Source of the DNA: Anaeramoeba ignava BMAN
Lineage: Eukaryota; Protista; Anaeramoebae
Length of the DNA: 64,000 nt
NCBI GenBank assembly: GCA_028826165.1
Contig: JAPDFW010000125.1
Coordinates: 558,001-622,000 of the forward strand
Reading direction: 5' to 3'
Shown here: positions 26,230 through 35,227 of the stretch, piece after piece
Layout: every line of letters begins with the position of its first letter
Position numbering within the stretch: position 1 is the stretch's first letter
Made by a program: the position numbers and the translations under genes
Notes under the pieces: generated by a model
Seen by the model: the letters and a program-made list of their open reading frames with translations, nothing else
Databases searched by the model: none
What the model was told of the DNA's origin: nothing

Positions 26230-27290
26230 AAATTCAAAATTCAATTCAAAATTCAATATTCAATATTCAATATTCAATATTCAATATTCAATATTCAATA
26301 TTCAATATTCAATATTCAATATTCAATATTCAATATTCAATATTCAATATTCAATATTCAATTAAAATTCAATATTCAATATTCAATATTCAATATTCAA
26401 TATTCAATATTCAATATTCAATATTCAATATTCAATATTCAATATTCAATATTCAATTCATTATTCAATATTTAATATTCAATATTCAATATTCAATATT
26501 CAAAATTCAATATTCATTGATTCAAAATTCAATTCCAATATTCAATATTCAAAATTATTTCAAAATTCAAAATTTCAATATTCAATTCAATATTCAATAT
26601 TCAATTCAAAATTCAATATTCAATTCAATATTCAATATTCAATATTCAATTCAATTCAATTCAATATTCAATATTCAATTCATTATTTAATATTTTTATT
26701 TAATATTTAATATTTAATATTCAATATTCAATATTCAATAATTCAATATTTATATTCAATATTCAATATTCAATTCATTATTCATTCATTATTCAATATT
26801 TTAATTTAATTCAATATTCAAAATCCAAAATTTTAATATTTAATATTCAATATTCAATATTCAATATTCAATATTCAATTCAATATTCAATTCAATATTC
26901 ATTATTCAATATTCATTATTCAATATTTAATTCAATATTTAATTCAATATTCAATATTCAATATTCAATATTCAATATTCAATATTCAAAATTCAATTCA
27001 ATATTCAATATTTAATATTCAATATTCTATTCAATATTCAATATTCAATATTCAATATTCAATATTTAATATTCAATATTCAATTCAATTCAATATTCAA
27101 TATTCAATATTTAATATTCAATTAAAATTCAATTCAATATTCAAAATTCAATTCAATATTCAATTCATTATTCAATATTCAATACAATATTCAATATTCA
27201 TTATTCAATATTCATTATTCAATATTTAATATTTAATATTCAATTAAAATTCAATTCAATATTCAATATTCAATTCATTATTCAAAATCC
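26230..27290. repeat. 7-bp microsatellite (CAATATT)n, degenerate
   Basis: Directly visible. Confidence 0.92.
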
Positions 27291-27687
27291 AAAATTTAAT
27301 TAATATTTAATAAAATAAATAAATGAAAAATAATCTTGGGAAAAAAAAAATTATTTTTTAGATTTTTTTTGATCAATAAAATACCCCCTTTTCATTTTAT
27401 TTTTCATTTTGTTTTTCATTTTATTTTTCATTTTGTTTTTCATTTTGTTTTTCATTTTGTTTTTCATTTTAAATTGATTAAAATAAATTAAATTGATTTT
27501 AGTGATTTTGATTTTTTATTTTAAAAATTGAAAAAAAAAAATTCATATGATTTGTTGGAAGATCCAAAATCAAACAAATTTAAAAACAAAAAAAACCAAA
27601 AAAAATAATTTTCATTTTTATTTTTTTATTTTTTTTATCATTTTTTTAATTAATTAATTAATTAAATTTATTAACTAAAAAACAAAA

Positions 27688-27786
27688 GTAAGCAAAAATA
27701 AAAATAAAAATAATAAAAATAAAAATAAAATTAATTAAATTATCTTTATATTTATAATTAAATTATTTTCTATTGTTTTTATAAAG
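27688..27786 (+). other. Probable 5'-UTR intron of ODC
   Basis: GTAAGC...ATAAAG ending 3 nt before the ATG; TCATTT motif upstream at about 27638. Confidence 0.55.
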
Positions 27787-27789
27787 CTA

Positions 27790-29049
27790 ATGACAACTAA
27801 AGTTCACGATATTGAATATTTAAAAAAAGATTTGCATCTTACTCACCACACAATAATCCACGAGAAACGGAAACAATACAGCAAAAAAACACATCACGAA
27901 CTACAAAAAGTGCTTCACAAAACAATCGACAACGGACAAGAGGATCCATTTATTGTAATTGATCTAAGCGAGATCAAAAGAAGACACCAAGAATGGAAAG
28001 AACATTTACCACGAGTCAAACCCTTTTACGCAATGAAATGCAATCCAAACTACGAGATCCTGAAAGTTATGGCAAAACTCGGGATGGGGTTCGATTGTGC
28101 AAGCAAAGAAGAGATCTCAACAATTTTAGGTTTGGGGGTACCTCCCGAAAAAATTATATTTGCTAATCCGTGCAAAATGATCCCCCATTTGGAATTTGCC
28201 CGGCAACGGTCGGTGCGAAAAATGACATTTGATTCAATTGAAGAAATGGTGAAGATTGCCAAAATCATGCCTGAGGCGGAACTGGTTCTCAGAATCAAAA
28301 CAGACGACAAACACTCATTGGCGCCTCTCTCAACCAAGTTTGGAATGGAAATAAAAGACGTCAAAAATGTTCTTGAGCGCAGCATAGAAATGAAAGTAAA
28401 CATCATCGGCATTGCCTTCCATGTCGGCAGCAATTGCCAAGACGCTAATTCTTATGTGGAAACTTTGAAGATCACAAAATCCATTTTTGACATTGCAAAA
28501 GATCTCGGCATTTCCTTCTCTTTTCTCGACATCGGTGGTGGCTTCCCTCCATCAGGCACTTTCTATCTTCCTGAAAGTGTCTCCTTCGCAGATGTTGCTG
28601 ACACAGTTGCTCCTCTTGTCGACTCTCTTTTTGATGATGATATCACTGTGATTGCTGAACCAGGGCGTTATTTCGCAACAAGTTGTCAAACAATTGCCTT
28701 GAATGTTTATGCCAAAAGAAAGAAGTTCATTGCCGAGCATCCTTCTTTCCAATATTTCATCTCTGATGGTTTGTACGGAACCTTGAATAATGTTGTTTTT
28801 GACCACTATGATCCTCGTATTTATATTTACAGGAAAATTCAAAGTGAGGAAGAATTATATGAATCTTCTTTATTTGGTCCAACTTGTGATTCAATTGATT
28901 GTATTAAAAAATCCCTTCTTCTTCCTGAACTTGATATTGGTGATTGGATTATTTTTTATGATATGGGTGCTTATACTACTGCTGCTACAACAAGATTCAA
29001 TGGTTTTAATGAATATGATTTTAAATATATTGAAACTGATATGAAATGA
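27790..29049 (+). CDS. ODC1: Ornithine decarboxylase (fold-type III PLP enzyme)
   Basis: PFYAMKCN (PLP lysine), FDCASK, FHVGS, LDIGGGF, AEPGRY, GPTCDSID and GAYT...FNGF motifs. Confidence 0.93.
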   Translation: MTTKVHDIEYLKKDLHLTHHTIIHEKRKQYSKKTHHELQKVLHKTIDNGQEDPFIVIDLSEIKRRHQEWKEHLPRVKPFYAMKCNPNYEILKVMAKLGMGFDCASKEEISTILGLGVPPEKIIFANPCKMIPHLEFARQRSVRKMTFDSIEEMVKIAKIMPEAELVLRIKTDDKHSLAPLSTKFGMEIKDVKNVLERSIEMKVNIIGIAFHVGSNCQDANSYVETLKITKSIFDIAKDLGISFSFLDIGGGFPPSGTFYLPESVSFADVADTVAPLVDSLFDDDITVIAEPGRYFATSCQTIALNVYAKRKKFIAEHPSFQYFISDGLYGTLNNVVFDHYDPRIYIYRKIQSEEELYESSLFGPTCDSIDCIKKSLLLPELDIGDWIIFYDMGAYTTAATTRFNGFNEYDFKYIETDMK

Positions 29050-29143
29050 TTTCTTTTTTCTTTTTCTTTTTCTTTTTCTTTTTTTTTGATTCAAAAATAA
29101 AACAAAATTAAAAATTATTTTTTTCATTTTTTTCTTTTCAAAA

Positions 29144-30943
29144 ATGAATGAAATTATATTTTTTGGTCAAAATCAAGAACCAATTCTTATCAAAAATAAA
29201 CCAGATAAAATAAAAAAACCAATTCAATTTAAATTTGAAAATGAAAATGAAAATGAAAATAAAAAACAAATTAAACAAATTTCAACAGGAAATTTTTCAA
29301 CAATTTTCCTTTTTAAAAATGGAAAAGCAATAGAATACTTAAATGAAAAAGATTCAAATCAAAATCCTGAAAAAATCCAAATTGAAGAAAATATTCAAAA
29401 AGTATCTGTTGGTTTTCAAAATGAAGCTATTTTAACAATAGAAGGAAATGTATTTGCCAAAGGAAAAAATATTAATCCAAAAAATCCAAATGAATTTATC
29501 AATATTTCATCATTAATTGAAGATACAAATGATAGAATAACTGAAGATATTGTTTCTGGAAATCGTTCAATTTACTTATTAACTTCAAATCAAAATGTTT
29601 ATGGAATTGGTTCAAATTATTATTGTCAACTTGGTTTTGATTCTAAAACATTTCCAAAAACAGAAAAACCAATTTTAATGATGAAAAATGTTTCTAAAAT
29701 ATTTTCAGGAAATTCTGCAAATCATGTTTTTCTTTTAAATTCAAATCAAGAATTATTTGGATGTGGTAATAATGAATATAGCCAACTTGGATTAGGAAAA
29801 TCAAGAAAAGAAGAAACAGAAATCCAAAAATTAACCAAAATCCAAAATATTCCAAAAGGTAAAATAATTGATATTCAATCTGGATATTTTCATTCAATAA
29901 TGTTGATTGAAAATGAAAATCAAAATCAAAATCCAAAAAGAAAACTTTATTCATGTGGAGATGCTGAATCAAATGAATTTGGTAAAGATGAAGATGAAGA
30001 TGAAAATACTTATGAATTTACTGAAATCAAATCATCTTTATTTGAAAATGATAATATTTTTGATATTTCTGTTGGAAATGCTCATACTTTGATTTTAACT
30101 TCCAATTCAAAATTGATTGGATTTGGGAATAATAATTATGGCCAATTAGGAACTGTAGATACAAATTATCAACGAATTCCAATTCAAATTAAACTTCCTA
30201 AATTAAGATTTAATGAAAATATTTCTAATTATCATATTTCTTGTGGATATTTCAATTCATTTATTTATTATTCTCCTCTTTCTTTTTCCAATCTTGAAGA
30301 AGATTTGATAAAACTATTTAGAAGAAAAGAATTTTGTAATATTTCATTTAAAACAGAAAATGGAGAAATAATCGAAGCTCATAAATTAATATTGAAATAT
30401 AGATTAAATCAAAATCAAAATCAAAATCAAATTGAAATTGAAAAACTTCAAGAAATTATTTCAAAAAAATCAATTAAAGAATCAAATCAAATATTTGAAA
30501 TGATTTATTCAAACAGAATAATAAATCCAATATTATATTCTGAAATTAAAGAAATTATAAATTCAAATGAAAAAATTGAAGAAACAATTAAAAGAATTTA
30601 TTTAAATGAAAATGAAAATGAAAAAGATTTTATAATTGAAAGAAAAGAAAAACAATATAAATTTCCTAAATTAATATTAATAATGAGAAGTGAATTATAT
30701 CGAGGAATGTTTTTATCTGTAACTGAAGATAAATCAAATAAAGTTACAGATTATAGTGAATTAAGTAATAAATCATTTCAAATATTTGAATATTGGATTT
30801 ATTCAAATCAAATCAAAGAAGGAATTGAAATTACACAAGAAATTATTCAAGAATTAGAAAGAGGAATTGATTATTTTCAATTAAATCAAACAAATCCAAA
30901 TTTATTTGATTTATTAATTAAAAAATTTAATAATCAAAATTAA
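29144..30943 (+). CDS. RCC1 + tandem BTB protein, copy 6
   Basis: Colinear paralog. Confidence 0.9.
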   Translation: MNEIIFFGQNQEPILIKNKPDKIKKPIQFKFENENENENKKQIKQISTGNFSTIFLFKNGKAIEYLNEKDSNQNPEKIQIEENIQKVSVGFQNEAILTIEGNVFAKGKNINPKNPNEFINISSLIEDTNDRITEDIVSGNRSIYLLTSNQNVYGIGSNYYCQLGFDSKTFPKTEKPILMMKNVSKIFSGNSANHVFLLNSNQELFGCGNNEYSQLGLGKSRKEETEIQKLTKIQNIPKGKIIDIQSGYFHSIMLIENENQNQNPKRKLYSCGDAESNEFGKDEDEDENTYEFTEIKSSLFENDNIFDISVGNAHTLILTSNSKLIGFGNNNYGQLGTVDTNYQRIPIQIKLPKLRFNENISNYHISCGYFNSFIYYSPLSFSNLEEDLIKLFRRKEFCNISFKTENGEIIEAHKLILKYRLNQNQNQNQIEIEKLQEIISKKSIKESNQIFEMIYSNRIINPILYSEIKEIINSNEKIEETIKRIYLNENENEKDFIIERKEKQYKFPKLILIMRSELYRGMFLSVTEDKSNKVTDYSELSNKSFQIFEYWIYSNQIKEGIEITQEIIQELERGIDYFQLNQTNPNLFDLLIKKFNNQN

Positions 30944-31115
30944 AATTAAAATCAAAATCAAAATTAAATCAAAATCAAAATTAAAATTAAAATCAAAATC
31001 AAAATTAAAATTAAAATCAAAATCAAAATTAAAATTAAAATTAAAAATCCAAAAATATTTTTTTCATTTTTTTCTTTTCAAAAAAATTAATAAATAAAAA
31101 AATAATAAAAAGAAA

Positions 31116-32891
31116 ATGAATGAAATTATATTTTTTGGTTCAAATCAATATCCAATTCTTTTCAAAAATGAACCAGATTCAATAACAAAACCAATTCAAT
31201 TTAAATTTGAAAATGAAAATGAAAATGAAAATGAAAAACAAATTAAACAAATTTCAACAGGAAATTTTGGAACAATTTTCCTTTTTAAAAATGGAAAAGC
31301 AATAGAATATTTAAATAGAAATGATTCAAATCAAAATCCTGAAAAAATCCAAATTGAAGAAAATATTCAAAAAGTATCTGTTGGTTATGAAAATGGAGCT
31401 ATTTTAACAATAGAAGGAAATATATTTGCAAAAGGAAATAATATTAATCCAAATAATCCAAAAGAATTTATCAATATTTCATCATTAATTGAAGATACAA
31501 ATGATAGAATAATTGAAGATATTGTTTCTGGATACAGTTCAATTTATTTATTAACTTCAAATCAAAATGTTTATGGAATTGGCTTAAATCTATTTGGTCA
31601 ACTTGGTTTTGATTCTGAAACACTTTATACAACAGAAAAACCAATTTTAATGATGAAAAATGTTTCTAAAATATTTTCAGGAAATTCTTCATTTCATATT
31701 TTTCTTTTAAATTCAAATCAAGAATTATTTAGATGCGGAAATAATCAATTCGGTCAACTTGGATTAGGAAAATCAAGAAAAGAAGAAACAAAAATCCAAA
31801 AATTAACTCAAATCCAAAATATTCCAAAAGGCAAAATAATTGATATTCAATGTGGATATTTTCATTCAATAATGTTGATTGAAAATGAAAATCAAAATCA
31901 AAATCCAAAAAGAAAACTTTATTCAACTGGAAGACATGGTTATAATGGACTTGGCAGAAATGAAAATACTTATGAATTTACTGAAATAAAATCATCTTTA
32001 TTTGAAAATGATAATATTCTTGATTTTTCTGTTGGAAATGCTCATACTTTGATTTTAACTTCCAATTCAAAATTGATTGGATTTGGTGCTAATTATTATG
32101 GCCAATTAGGAACTGGAGATACAAAAGAGCAATTAATTCCAATTCAAATTAAACTTCCTAAATTAAGATTTAATGAAAATATTTCTAATTATCATATTTC
32201 TTGTGGATTTAACAAATCATTTATTTATTATTCTCCTTTTCTTTCTCCCTTTTCCAATCTTGAAGAAGATTTGATAAAATTATTTAGAAGAAAAGAATTT
32301 TGTGATATTTCATTTAAAACAGAAAATGGAGAAATAATTAAAGCTCATAAATTAATATTGAAATATAGATTAAATCAAAATCAAAATCAAAATGAAATTG
32401 AAAAACTTAAAGAAATTATTTCAAAAAAATCAATTAAAGAATCAAATCAAATATTTGAAATGATTTATTCAAACAGAATAATAAATCCAAAATTATATTC
32501 TGAAATTAAAGAAATTATAAATTCAAATGAAAAAATTGAAGAAACAATGAAAAGAATTTATTTAAATGAAAATGAAAAAGATTTTATAATTGAAAGAAAA
32601 GAAAAACAATATAAATTTCCTAAATTAATATTAATAATCAGAAGTGAATTATATCGAGGAATGTTTTTATCTGTAACTGAAGATAAATCAAATAAAGTTA
32701 CAGATTATAGTGAATTAAGTAATAAATCATTTCAAATATTTGAATATTGGATTTATTCAAATCAAATTAAAGAAGGAATTGAAATTACACAAGAAATAAT
32801 TGAAGAAATTCAAATTGGAATTGATTATTTTCAATTAAATCAAACAAATCCAAATTTATTTGATTTATTAATTAACAAATTTAATAATTAA
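31116..32891 (+). CDS. RCC1 + tandem BTB protein, copy 7
   Basis: Colinear paralog; an in-frame CaaX remnant follows the stop codon. Confidence 0.9.
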   Translation: MNEIIFFGSNQYPILFKNEPDSITKPIQFKFENENENENEKQIKQISTGNFGTIFLFKNGKAIEYLNRNDSNQNPEKIQIEENIQKVSVGYENGAILTIEGNIFAKGNNINPNNPKEFINISSLIEDTNDRIIEDIVSGYSSIYLLTSNQNVYGIGLNLFGQLGFDSETLYTTEKPILMMKNVSKIFSGNSSFHIFLLNSNQELFRCGNNQFGQLGLGKSRKEETKIQKLTQIQNIPKGKIIDIQCGYFHSIMLIENENQNQNPKRKLYSTGRHGYNGLGRNENTYEFTEIKSSLFENDNILDFSVGNAHTLILTSNSKLIGFGANYYGQLGTGDTKEQLIPIQIKLPKLRFNENISNYHISCGFNKSFIYYSPFLSPFSNLEEDLIKLFRRKEFCDISFKTENGEIIKAHKLILKYRLNQNQNQNEIEKLKEIISKKSIKESNQIFEMIYSNRIINPKLYSEIKEIINSNEKIEETMKRIYLNENEKDFIIERKEKQYKFPKLILIIRSELYRGMFLSVTEDKSNKVTDYSELSNKSFQIFEYWIYSNQIKEGIEITQEIIEEIQIGIDYFQLNQTNPNLFDLLINKFNN

Positions 32892-32947
32892 AATTAAAAA
32901 AAGAAAGAAAACTGTTTGATTTTTTAAAATGGAATCAAATTTTAATT

Positions 32948-35074
32948 TTAATTTAAATTTTTTAAAATGAAATCAATAAATGAATTTTGATTTAATTGGT
33001 AATAATCTTTTAAATCTTTAAATTCTTCCATCATTTCATATGTAATTTCTTTTTTTCTATCAAATTCATCATGATAAAGAAAATATATTAATTGATTTAA
33101 TGTTTCAAATGATTTATGAGTATAATCATGAACTTGATTTGATTCATCTTGAACATTTAATTGAAACATTCCTTTGAACAAATCACTTCTTAAAATTAAT
33201 ATTAGTTTATGAACTTTAATTTCTTTCTCTTTGTCAATAATTATTTTAAAATCTTTTGTATCATTTTGCTGATATAATTTATGAAAATCTTTCAAAATTC
33301 CATTCCTTCCTTTTTTTGATTCAATCCAATCTAAACCAAATCCAACTTCTTTGAAAAAGTTTTCAACAATTTCTTTTTCAATTTCTTTTTCTTTTTCAAT
33401 TTCTTTTTCTTTTTCAATTCCATCAATTTTCTCATTTTGATTTAAATTGGTGATAAATTGTTGCATTTTTTGAAAATTGAGGAATCCAGTATAGAGAAAA
33501 TTTAAAGCAAGTTGCACATCTTCTTTCTGTTTTTGGAAGCATATATCAATGAATTTTTCTAATGTTTTCTGATCATTATTCAATCTTGCTAATAGAATTA
33601 ATTTGTGAACTTGAAATTTTGAAGAATCATTTGCCTGAATTGTTAAATCGTAAAAATTCTCATCTGAGTCAAATAATTTATGAAGATCTTCTTGAAGTGA
33701 ATAAATTTGAGAAAATAACTCCATGAATTGCTTTGTTATGTTATGTGAATGCAAACTATAGATATCCACATTGTTGACTAACAGACATTTGATCATATTG
33801 GGGTTTCTTTTTTGTATTGATATTGAAAGAGCTGTTTTATTTCTTTTAGTCTTTGTATTGATATCAATAACATTTTTTTCAACTAAATATTCAACTGTTT
33901 TGGATGAATTTGTTTGACAAGCAAAATGCAAAACTGTTTCATTTTGGACTGTTTTCGCGTTTATGTCTGCTCCCTTTTCTACTAAGTATTTGATAATATC
34001 CAATGACTTTATATATTGGAAAGCGAAATGCAAAACTGTTTTATCTTCGAATGAAGTTTTTGCATTAATATCAATTCCCTTCTCAATCAAATACTTGATA
34101 ATTTCAAATGGCGGATTTTGAGATTGGCAAATAAAATGCAGAGCTGTTTCGTTATCTTCTGATTTTACATTAATATCATTTCCTTTCTCAACTAAATATT
34201 TGATAACTTCAAGCGAAGGATTGATATTTTGACAAGCAAAATGCAAAGCAACAAGTTCATTACTATCAAACAAAGAAAAAGAATATGTTTTCCGATTAAT
34301 ATCAACTCCTTTTTCAACCAAATATTTAATAGTTTCTAGTGATGAATTAAAGTTTTGGCAAGCTAAATGAAGTGTTGTTTCCTTTTCTTGTGTTTTTGCA
34401 TTAATATCACATCCTTTTTCAACCAAATATTTTATAATTCCAATTGATGGATTTGCATATTTGCAAGCATAATGAAGTACTGTTTCCTTTTCTTTTGTTT
34501 TTGCATTAATATCACATCCTTTTTCTACTAAATATTTGGTAACCTCAAGAGAATTTCCCCATTGACAAGCACAATGCAAAGGAGTTTTATTTGCTAATGT
34601 TTTTGCATTAATATCAATTCCCTTTTCAATCAAATATTTTATGATCTCAAATGAAATATTATTGCGAAATGCATAATGAAGCACTGTTTCCTTTTCTTGT
34701 GTTCTTGCATTAATATCACATCCTTTTTCTACTAAATATTTTATTATTTCAATTAAATTTTTCCGACAAGCCAAATGGAAAGCTGTTTCGTTTCCTTTTA
34801 TTTTTGCATCAATATCAACTCCTTTTGAAATTAACAAATCAAGAATTCCAATTTCCAAATTGTTTATAACAGCTAAATGGAGTGAATTTTTTCCAGAATT
34901 ATCAACACTATTTGGATCGGCTCCTTTTTCAATTAGTAATTCAATCATTTCTTTTGAAGAATTTTGATTAATTGCAAAATTTAAAATTGGTTTTTTATTT
35001 TCATTTAAAAATAAATCATTTGGATTTCTTAATAACTCAATATCTTTTTTTCGAATAATTTCATAAATATTCAT
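32948..35074 (-). CDS. Ankyrin-repeat + tandem BTB protein
   Basis: About a dozen TxLHxAC...YLVEKGxDINAK repeats, then VHKLIL...RSDLFKGMF...DYYQLNQ. Confidence 0.9.
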   Translation of the reverse strand: MNIYEIIRKKDIELLRNPNDLFLNENKKPILNFAINQNSSKEMIELLIEKGADPNSVDNSGKNSLHLAVINNLEIGILDLLISKGVDIDAKIKGNETAFHLACRKNLIEIIKYLVEKGCDINARTQEKETVLHYAFRNNISFEIIKYLIEKGIDINAKTLANKTPLHCACQWGNSLEVTKYLVEKGCDINAKTKEKETVLHYACKYANPSIGIIKYLVEKGCDINAKTQEKETTLHLACQNFNSSLETIKYLVEKGVDINRKTYSFSLFDSNELVALHFACQNINPSLEVIKYLVEKGNDINVKSEDNETALHFICQSQNPPFEIIKYLIEKGIDINAKTSFEDKTVLHFAFQYIKSLDIIKYLVEKGADINAKTVQNETVLHFACQTNSSKTVEYLVEKNVIDINTKTKRNKTALSISIQKRNPNMIKCLLVNNVDIYSLHSHNITKQFMELFSQIYSLQEDLHKLFDSDENFYDLTIQANDSSKFQVHKLILLARLNNDQKTLEKFIDICFQKQKEDVQLALNFLYTGFLNFQKMQQFITNLNQNEKIDGIEKEKEIEKEKEIEKEIVENFFKEVGFGLDWIESKKGRNGILKDFHKLYQQNDTKDFKIIIDKEKEIKVHKLILILRSDLFKGMFQLNVQDESNQVHDYTHKSFETLNQLIYFLYHDEFDRKKEITYEMMEEFKDLKDYYQLNQNSFIDFILKNLN

Positions 35075-35227
35075 TTTTATTAATAATATTATTATTTAAA
35101 AAATTTCAAAATGGAAAAATGAAAAAGTTTAAAAAAAGTTTAAAAAAAACCTTTTATATTTTCTTTCCCCAATTCAAAAAAAAAAACAAAATAAAAATTT
35201 CATTTCTTTTTCTTTTGTTAAAAACAA

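Noticed and set aside
26230-27290. Telomeric repeat
   Set aside because: Internal, degenerate, lacks a G-rich strand and is flanked by genes on both sides.
13614-32891. Diversity-generating retroelement acting on the RCC1 genes
   Set aside because: No reverse transcriptase or template repeat in the window; variation is spread over all blades and is not evidently adenine-restricted.
32889-32897. TAA reassigned to Gln (hexamitid- or ciliate-type code)
   Set aside because: No in-frame TAA or TAG in conserved domains, and TAA terminates DDX11, the penta-EF-hand gene and BTB-TLDc at the expected positions.
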